A stretch of DNA of 64,000 nucleotides, from assembly GCA_002269645.1 (NCBI GenBank), contig NIVC01002942.1, positions 1 through 64,000 of the forward strand, written 5' to 3'. The notes under the pieces were generated by a model. It had not been told where the DNA came from, did not search any database, and saw nothing but the letters and a program-made list of their open reading frames with translations. Both the position numbers and the translations under genes were made by a program. Origin of the DNA: Macrostomum lignano (taxonomy: Eukaryota). This document shows positions 52,654-64,000 of this stretch, in pieces (the stretch's first letter is position 1; every line of letters starts with the position of its first letter).

Positions 52654-55230
52654 GCTTTCGGGTTGAAGTGGGGCTCTGCAGCAGCTGGGCGGTTGTCTTT
52701 ATAATGCAGGGCTGCGTTTTGTAAAAGCCAATAAACGACTTGCTCCGTGCTAGGTGACTTGGCCCAAACATTCGCAAAACAATGACTGTTTGTCGGTTTT
52801 TCAGTATTTTCGGCGTTCTTGTTTTGAGCTATTGCATTTGCAATTTGACAGCTGCTGCAGCGGATATCAGCATGACGCTCGATGAGCCAAAGTCTGGCGT
52901 CAATCTGAAAGCATTTGTGTGATATTATTCACCCTCGACCTAATAGTAGAATAAAATAGATAGGTGCGCACGTAAATAATTCTGCAGTCAGTTTTCGCGA
53001 AACACCGTTCAGGCTATTTAGTCAGTCCAGTGCTCTTGTGCTAAGCATCTCAATACACATGCTGAGTGATGGGAATTTGTGTTACTCCACAACGGCTAGG
53101 ACAGTTGTGTTTGGGTTCAAGCACTCAAAACCCCGACTACGCTCGTATTGAAGGCATTGTGGTGACACCCATTGTGCATTTAATCAGTGAATGCAACGAC
53201 AACAGAAACAGCGCAACAAACTACGCTGTTTAGTCGAGGTCTTTAGAAAAACGGAAGCCGTCTCTGGGCTAGGGCCCGAGCATAGGCTGGGGCGGATCGA
53301 ATGCGGATGTCGGGTAGCAGTCAGTCGACGAAGCGCCAAGTGCGCTTGTTCCCGTCGGTGGGTGCCTGCAGCGTCAGCAGCAGCGCCTCCTGCACAGAAT
53401 GGTTTTGCCAGAGGGAGTCGCCGACCGCGCAACAGGTCGTTTGAACGGATCGGATTAAACAGTCCATCAGTGTTCAGGTTTTGACTTTGTAAAGCAGGCT
53501 GGTCTCGACAACCACCTGGAACTCAACGCCGGTCAGGTAAAACCTCAGACGGCCGAACAGGCCTAACAAAACGAAAGGCTACCCGAGCGAGCACCCATGC
53601 TGGGATTGCAAGTTACTTGAGAACTCCTTTTAGCGTTTGAAGCAGATTTATTCGCGCCACTAAGCTGCTGTTCCCACTGCGTTTGAAATCTGAACTTTAG
53701 GGCCCATTAAAAAGAAAAAATGTCTCAGACAAACCGGCATTCCTGAATCTAGCCAAAAGAAAACGCTGTCTGCATCTGCACTGCTGTTAGCACAATTATC
53801 AGGCAATCTTTTTGCAAGCCTCTGCCAGGCTTCCTCGGTCCGGATGTCACAGGTAATTCGATCGTGCTTCCGCTAAAATTCTTCTGCAGCGGTTGCTATT
53901 AGCACCCCTTGCCCCCGCGTCACTGACTCGAGCACTGAAACGTCAATAACGCTTAGCATCGCAAAGTCTGTGCGAACTGCTCAAACTACAGGCAATCCAG
54001 AGGTGCCGTTTCCAGCCCTCTCGTCAGCTGTCGAACATTCGGGCTGCCACCTTAGGAGACAAAATGCTCATAGTCTGAGTAGCGAAATGGTCTGAGCAGC
54101 AAGATGGTCTGAGTAGCCAGAGGGTTTGAGTAGCCAGAGGGTTTGAGTAGGCAGAGGGTTTGAGTAGCCAGAGGGTTTGAGTAGGCAGAGGGTTTGAGTA
54201 GCCAGAGGGTTTGAGTAGCCAGAGGGTTTGAGTAGCCAGAGGGTTTGAGTAGCCAGAGGGTTTGAGTAGGCAGAGGGTTTGAGTAGGGAGATGGTTCGAG
54301 TAGCCAGAGGGTTTGAGTAGCCAGAGGGTTTGAGTAGCCAGAGGGTTTGAGTAGCCAGAGGGTTTGAGTAGGGAGATGGTTCGAGTAGCCAGAGGATTTG
54401 AGTAGCCAGAGGGTTTGAGTAGCCAGAGGGTTTGAGTAGGGAGATGGTTCGAGTAGGCAGAGGGTTTGAGTAGCCAGAGGATTTGAGTAGCCAGAGGGTT
54501 TGAGTAGCCAGAGGGTTTGAGTAGGGAGATGGTTCGAGTAGCCAAAGGATTTGAGTAGCCAGATGGTTTGAGTAGCCAGATGGTTTGAGTAGCCAGAGGG
54601 TTTGAGTAGCCAGAGGGTTTGAGTAGCCAGAGGGTTTGAGTAGGGAGATGGTTCGAGTAGCCAGAGGATTTGAGTAGCCAGAGGGTTTGAGGCCTTGGTT
54701 GAGTTGAGTGTTTTTACCAACGCAAAACAACACAATTGCTTGCATTGTTTTCAGCAGCTCCCCTGAGCTGAAGCAAGGAAGCCATCGACAGCGCAGGTCG
54801 GTCTGCGGATGCTCGCAGCTGGCGTCAGGCATGGTAGCGCTTGAAACAGAAAATTCTGCTTCTTTTTCTTTTGTGCTCCTCTTGCCGCTCCGTTGCACCA
54901 GCCGTTCCTGTCCACTCTCCAGGACTGAGCACTAATGCTATAGGCTGACTCTGACAACCACTGGACCAAGTCCTCTCGGATTGTCTTGACAACATGGTTG
55001 ATGGCCCCGGCTTTACTAACGTTTTTAGCATTACCGAATTCACTAATGATGGGGATGAGTTAGAAATCTGAATAGAAAAGGCAGACTCGCAGAACAATTT
55101 GTCAGGCCAGCCTAAAACCCTTAAAAAACTCGCAACTCGGGTTTGAAACAATACGAGAGACGGTCTTTCGAGATCGATGGTGCGCGCTTTGCTCGGAGGG
55201 TAGCCCGCGTCTTCGGCTGAGCTGCCCGTG
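52630..55230. repeat. Segmental duplicate of about 40900-44000 (lectin 5' flank block)
   Basis: Collinear shared blocks, e.g. AGCCAATAAACGACTTGCTCCGTGCTAGG, CAGCGTCAGCAGCAGCGCC, the 17-bp array and GCTCGCAGCTGGC...CCCGTGTTGCAGGAAT. Confidence 0.85.
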
Positions 55231-56109
55231 TTGCAGGAATATTACTCGGGGGCCGGTCATTCGAACCAACCCAAAACCACAAGATCAGTGACAAGCACCA
55301 AGGGCAGAAGTGCACCGTATGTGACTGTGTCCCTGCGTACTCAACGTTCGAACAAGCTTCAGCAAAGCGGGAACACTTCTTCATCGCCGGCTGGCAGACA
55401 GGCAACCCAAAAGACACTGCAGTACGCTAAACGAAACAAAAGCGCACCTTTCGAGATGGAAGTCGGCCGGACACAAGGCGCCCGGTCGCAAGCCCGGCTG
55501 TCGCCTCACGTACAGCTTGGCGACGCGATTGCAGCTGCACTTGTTGAACAAAAACAGTCTGCAGTGTCCACCCGTCGTTGTGAAGACAACTCAATAAGTT
55601 GCAGTCCGCGGCGCATCTCTTGCGCGATTTTATGAAAACGAATCTTGAAACGTACTTGGCCTCGATGCAGTCCCGGCCAAAAATTGGATGCCAGTTCAGA
55701 TAAGCTGGCTTTACTGGCTATGCGCACTTGGGACCTCGGCCATTAAATTTAATTCTCGCTTGATATTAACCTTCCATTATGCTAATAAGTAATGTTTGAA
55801 AATTTATTGAAGAAAAATTAAATCACATATTTAATTATCAAGATACACACTCTCAGGTAAATTCCAATCTGTCAATCATTCTGTTAGGCCGCACGAACGC
55901 ATATTGTATAGCACAGCTGATCTCGTACTACAGACGAAGCCAACCAAGCAAGACGATTCGGTTGACAGGTCGTTGAGGCAGGGCACGTGCCGAGATTGGC
56001 GAGACACGGCGGGCGCACCCGTACCAACCACCAACCCAAGAAGCTTGACAACCGAGGGGTCCGGCCAACAGGCAGAGATGCACATCTGTCGTAGGGCAGA
56101 GCGAGAGGG

Positions 56110-56614
<505 letters not shown>

Positions 56615-57377
56615 TCGCTTTTGACGCTCTAGATAAGACTTTAGACATTCAAAATAAGACTGCATAGGATCGCAAGCAAGGCCAGGCTAGCCACGGCCAG
56701 AGCAAGCCCAGTCTTGGCTGCAGGGATGGCTTGGCCATAGACTAAAAAATGGAATATCAAAATGAGAATAGGACGCTCAATATGAGACCGGGAGTGAACG
56801 TAATTTATTTGCTTTTTGGCAGTCACCATACAAACAGCTAAGGAGAAATTAGGCAATAAACAAGAAGCAGAATAGCATATTGAAATGTTTAGTCCACCAC
56901 TGATGTCAGCCTTGCAATTTTCTTCTCTCCGACCGCCACGAGGTAGGGATTCAACTCTGCCATGGAGGCGGAACTCCGCAGCGATCCTAAAGGCGGACGC
57001 TCTCTTGATCTTGAGAATTTGAGCGGCAGCTAGGATGGTTGATCCATTGTTTACTGCGTCGATCAGACGCTGACGGTCTGCTGCAGGAATCGATGGTGCC
57101 ATCACAGTGAAATCCAAGGGGTCAGATGCAACCCAAGGGGTGAAGAAGGAGAGCTGCCTGAGGGTCAGAGGGTTAGAGCGATATCTGAAGGCTTTCACAC
57201 TCAGTCTCATATTGAGCGTCTTATTCTCATTTTGATATTCCATTTTTTAGTCTATGGCCAAGCCATTCCTGCAGCCAAGACTGGGCTTGCTCTGGCCGTG
57301 GCTAGCCTGGCCTTGCTTGCGATCCTATGCAGTCTTATTTTGAATGTCTAAAGTCTTATCTAGAGCGTCAAAAGCGA
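56615..57377 (-). mobile_element. Internally deleted IS630/Tc1/mariner-like element with long TIRs
   Basis: TIRs of about 175 bp starting TCGCTTTTGACGCTCTAG; TA on both sides. Internal HTH fragment RQRLIDAVNNGSTILAAAQILKIKRASAFRI...LPRGG. Confidence 0.85.
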
Positions 57378-57722
57378 TAGTAGTAGTAGTAGTAGTAAAC
57401 TCTTATGATCAGCATTGACCAGTAATAGCAAGCCGCTAATGAACTACTTCAAGTGCAGGTGTTCACAGAAAAGCTCCATCAAATCGCAGCAAGTGCATTC
57501 GTTTGTCGGACAACAGACACATAGCAGTGCCAGAGTCTGCCAGGGACTGTATATATTTTAAAATAGTTTTGCTAACAGACCACAGTTTAATCTTTACCGA
57601 TTTATCGATGTCGAAGCGGTTTGCCTGGCAATTAGTTTTGCGGAAACCAAAAGGAGCACTCGGACACATAACATTCAACCACCGACTGTTTATGCACTTG
57701 ATCGTCGTCCACGTATTTCCGG

Positions 57723-58015
57723 TTAAAGTCCCAATTTTTTCAAATCCGAAGTCAACCTCACGGTGAAGACATTCCTGTCGTGTGAGTCGCCTTCTGGCTG
57801 ACCGATGCTCCAAACCTCGGGCGACAGCGTGGCGTTGCAGTCGTGCCAGTACCAGGTGCCGGTGCTGAATGGAGAAAGCCGGTAACCGCCAATGTAGAAG
57901 TTGCGCATCGTAAAACTCAGGTTTCCATTGGAGAAATTTCTCAGAGTGTGCATGTGATCGACCTCCGGCCTGTCGATTTCGTCGGCGAACTTGGCGAGTC
58001 CGGTCTCTGAGTTGC
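57723..58015 (-). pseudogene. C-type lectin fragment, copy 4
   Basis: KFADEIDRPEVDHMHTL..FYIGGYR..WYWHDC..WSIGQPEG; no PAN domain or signal peptide, degenerate 3' end. Confidence 0.75.
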
Positions 58016-58869
58016 AAGATCGGAAGACTGGAAGGCCAGAATATCATAAAAAAACCAAGACCGAAATATTCACTCATCACTACTAGCACAAGTCAATGCG
58101 GCTTCAGTTAGTAGTAAAACTGGGACGAACACGCTATTTTGCCTAACTAATCTGAGCTACTGTGGTTGGTCTAGTAACTAAACTAAACTAAACTAAACTA
58201 AACCAAACTAAACTAAAACAAACTAAACTAAACTAGACAAAATTAAACTAAACTAAACTAAACTTAACTAAATTAAACTAAAACAAACTAAACTTAACTA
58301 AATTAAACTAAACTAAAACTAACTAAACTAAACTAGGCCACGTGAAATTAGCAACAATTCGGAGAAGCCATCACCAAAGCTCTGGCCAGAGAGAGAGAAA
58401 TTCCCTTTTATTCAAATTCCCAGAACACTGTGAGGTCGGCTGGCACACTGACGCAGCCCGGCTCTGCTAGGAGGTTCATTCCAAGATTTACGGTTACCTA
58501 TACGCAAAAATTTACGGAAGAGATCGAACCAGCGAGACAAAGTCAAGTTAATTGGCACGAGAGGCGCAGGTTCGAACCTGGTCCTGTCACGACAGTAAAT
58601 TGGCACTGTATTCATTGAGTACAGTATTTATTGAGGCAAGCAGATCTAAACAGGCACTGTGAAAACAATCACAAATTTGATATTGAATTGACTTTGGCAC
58701 GATGTTGGATGCAATCTTCAGAAACCGATTTTGAGTCAGAATATCTGTTTATCTGTTTAATTGTTGGGTGTAAAGGGCATTTTGTTTTTTAAAAACTCAT
58801 TTGACACAAATCTGCGTATTTGATAGCCAGGGCACCGGAGATCCGCAGAGCTCCCAAGGCGGTCATATC

Positions 58870-59643
58870 CTAGTCGAATGGGTTGACGCACTCGCACAGA
58901 GCTCTGACCCAAGAGGCTCCGGACTCCACTTCGTCGTCCAGGCCGAAGCTGCTGGAGTAACCGTACCAAATGTTTGTCCGGTTGTGCAGACCGTTCTCAT
59001 TCGGCTCGCCGCTGCCCCACGCCTCGGGCTGGATGGTGGCGTTGCAGTCGCGCCAGTACCAGGTGCCGGAGCTGAGCGGGGAAGGTCGGTAACCGCCCAG
59101 GTAGAAGCTGCGCATCCACGAGCTCAGGTCTCCATTGAGGGTGGACTTGAAAGTACCGATGTGCTCAACTTCCGGCCTGTCGCCTGCGTCAGCGAACTTG
59201 ACGAGTCCGGGCTCCGAGTTGCACTTGTTGAGGCCGTCCGTCCAGCTCGACACGCCGACCATCTTGTAGACGGAGCCGTAGAAACCGTTGGCGAAGCCGG
59301 CAGGGCAGAGCTGGCCCTCAGGCAGGCCCGGCTGCTGCCTCACGAAGGCCCACTCGGAGCGGGTGCAGGGCGAGTTCTGGTTGACTCTGTGGCTGCACCT
59401 GTCGAACTCGAAGGTCTGGCAGCCGGAGGCGCTCTCAGTTGTCAGCCGGAAGCCGCGGCACCGGTCGCCTCTCTCCACGCAGAATAGCGCGCAGAGCTTC
59501 TCGCTGCGGGCCGGGTAACTCGGCTCGAACAGGAACTGCGGTTTCAGGCAAAACCGGATGAGCCTGTGAGTGAAGACCGTGCGGTTCGGGCACAGGCTGT
59601 CGCCCGCTATGAACAGGGTGAGCAGGAGCAGCTCCGTGAGCAT
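58870..59643 (-). CDS. PAN + C-type lectin, copy 5 (divergent N-half, EPN motif)
   Basis: Start MLTELLLLTLFIAG at 59643; CALFCVERGDRCRGF; the CTLD is almost identical to copy 2. Confidence 0.85.
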   Translation of the reverse strand: MLTELLLLTLFIAGDSLCPNRTVFTHRLIRFCLKPQFLFEPSYPARSEKLCALFCVERGDRCRGFRLTTESASGCQTFEFDRCSHRVNQNSPCTRSEWAFVRQQPGLPEGQLCPAGFANGFYGSVYKMVGVSSWTDGLNKCNSEPGLVKFADAGDRPEVEHIGTFKSTLNGDLSSWMRSFYLGGYRPSPLSSGTWYWRDCNATIQPEAWGSGEPNENGLHNRTNIWYGYSSSFGLDDEVESGASWVRALCECVNPFD

Positions 59644-61545
59644 TCTGACGGTACCGTGTCTGTGTGGAATGCCTCTCGTCCTGCTGGGATTCTTAATTAC
59701 TTTTTGAGCAGTAGACTTGCATTGGGATGACAAGTTTAACGCGTAGGCGGCGTCGTCCAATCGGCGTTGAGGCTTGCGGTGTTGCCTTGTCACTGAAAAA
59801 GAAGAGCTTTTTCCTGTTGCACCGGAGACGGCTGAAAAGCGAGTGTGTTAAGAAAAAGTGCAAAATTTTTGCTATGGTGACGAGGTTTTAGCTTGCAAGA
59901 ACGGCATTGTTTTTGAAAACTAGTCACAGTTTATTCAAGCACCCTTAACTTTAGTGGAAGTGGCAGTCATGCCTTCCATTTGCACTAGCAGAAAGGAGAG
60001 TCGCTAGAACTCTAATCAATAGAGTCTCGTCAGCAGTCGCAGACAAAGAAAAGTTTTGGACAGCCTCTCGACAGACAATATAACTAGCAGGGTCCGTTGG
60101 AAACCTACACGGCGGCTAGGGAAGACGAGCATTGTTTCTCCATGAGGGCCCCGAGTGCTGCCTGCATGAAGGACGGCTCTCTGATGGAAGGACGTCTCTC
60201 TGGCTTTCTGAGAAAGTAAAAAGCGCCAAGCGCGTGTTCCGGCGCAAGTCAATGTCAGGAAAAGTGCATCTGAAGTTCTGCCACGCCAGCGCATTACAAC
60301 ACACCTGAGAGTTTTGTTGTGTCCCGAGACGGACCAGCCAGCTACGTCTTGCACTCTGTACGAGCAGGAAAACGCAGTCCCAGTCCTGCTGCTTGCCAAC
60401 CCACTGTCGCACAAACGCGCAGGCAGTAGGCCAGCAACCAGGGTCGCAGCGAACGCACAGGCCCCGGTGACAAAGTCCTAGAGGCACTTGACCCCGAAAT
60501 AACAGGAACAGAACGATACTTACTGTGGCGCGGATACTTGGCGCGCTGGGCGTCTATGTTGAACACGATTGTTGGCACGCTTGTTTTTGGTTTATTGTCA
60601 TATAATATACTATTTGCGGCGAAGGAGTCAGAGGAGACGCGGTCGCATGGGGGGGAGAGGACAGGAGCGCACGCCAATAAATATCTGCCAGCACAACATG
60701 GGGTGGGGCAAAAGCTGCAGGGTAAGAGAAAAGGCGGGGTGTGTAGAGAGAACGAGCGGGGGATTGGCTGCAGCCACACAAAACGCGACTGGGGGGGTAG
60801 AAAACCAGAATTACAGAAAACAGCGACAGCCAATGAGAGAGCACGGAGGGGGAGGGATAATAATAATCAGGGGTGAGAAAGTTGCAGACATAGGCTGGAC
60901 AAATAAACAACTACAATAATAGTTCATCAATTGATTGGGTCTAGTGCAGTGGCACCAAAAATAAATAAAGTACTCGAAGAAAATAGCTCACAACAAGTTG
61001 CAAGCATGGAAGGGGTGGGGAGGGTTGGCAGAGGGAGAGAGAGAGAGAGAGAGACTACAGTAAGGGCAAATACATTGAGTTACGAATTCACAACAGTTTT
61101 TTCTCGTGGCTCCCATTCCTGTTTTTTCAGCATGATTTCGGCCGCTGTGGCAGCTGCGAGGAGGCAGGGTGAGTCTGTTTTGTGCTTTGCACACTTGCTG
61201 AGCGAGCAGCGAGGACTGCCATCTTAGCGTAATAAAAGGCCAAAAGGCGACTCCAATATTACACTTGTCTCAGCTGAACACAAAAACTGGGGTTGGCAAG
61301 TTGTCTTCGTTGTGCTTTGGCCTGAGTACTGAGGCACTCGCAGTCATTGTTCAGCTTGGGCATCACGCCACCTCTTGCCCGACTCCCTCACCTCATCAGT
61401 TGGCACAATTCGCGAGCACTTTTGGCTTCACTTCAAATGCAAAACAACTAAAAAGGCGAGCCCAGCAGCAGAGCGTTTAGCCAAAACAAATTCTGCAAAT
61501 TCGAAACCAAAGACGGCAGGGCAACGGCACCCGAGCAGAGCAGCC

Positions 61546-63810
<2,265 letters not shown>

Positions 63811-64000
63811 GTGAGTGCGCGGCTGCCCAGGGTGGCTCGCTGTCATGGGGTTTCTGTCACGAGCTCGAAATTTGACACCATTGAAACGCTAATTATTTCA
63901 CAAGCTAGAAACTTCACAACGTTGAAAACTCCATAGCAAGTGACTTTTATGACTGATTTGCGCTGTAGCGCCATCTAGCGTTTGTCCATCCCCCCTCGCG

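Overview
Eukaryotic (animal) nuclear DNA with GC3-rich exons, GT-AG introns and extreme simple-repeat content. This resembles the flatworm Macrostomum, which is an inference only. Bases 1 to about 13130 are the right-hand part of an AT-rich integrated Polinton/Maverick (adintovirus-like) element with all genes on the minus strand: prim-pol/PriCT2/D5 helicase, RING protein, fibre, adenain protease, penton, A32 ATPase, major capsid protein, core proteins and a PLA2-integrase fusion. The main discovery is in the PLA2-integrase gene. It is split, exactly in the PLA2 Ca-binding loop (SFAG|PGT), by an 880-nt self-splicing group I intron with an IC1-like core (11605-12484). The intron encodes a PD-(D/E)xK nuclease resembling the Eco47II (GGNCC) restriction-enzyme family. 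The intron-less junction reads GGT|CC, which is a GGNCC site, and a manual scan found no GGNCC anywhere in the ~13 kb element. This suggests a restriction enzyme recruited as a homing or competition endonuclease. The remainder is host DNA: three tandem anoctamin paralogs with repeat-filled introns, a WSC-domain ORF, five PAN + C-type lectin copies (one a chimera, one a fragment), a P-element in a minisatellite, a Tc1/IS630-like derivative in (TAG)n, SINEs, MITEs and many tandem arrays.
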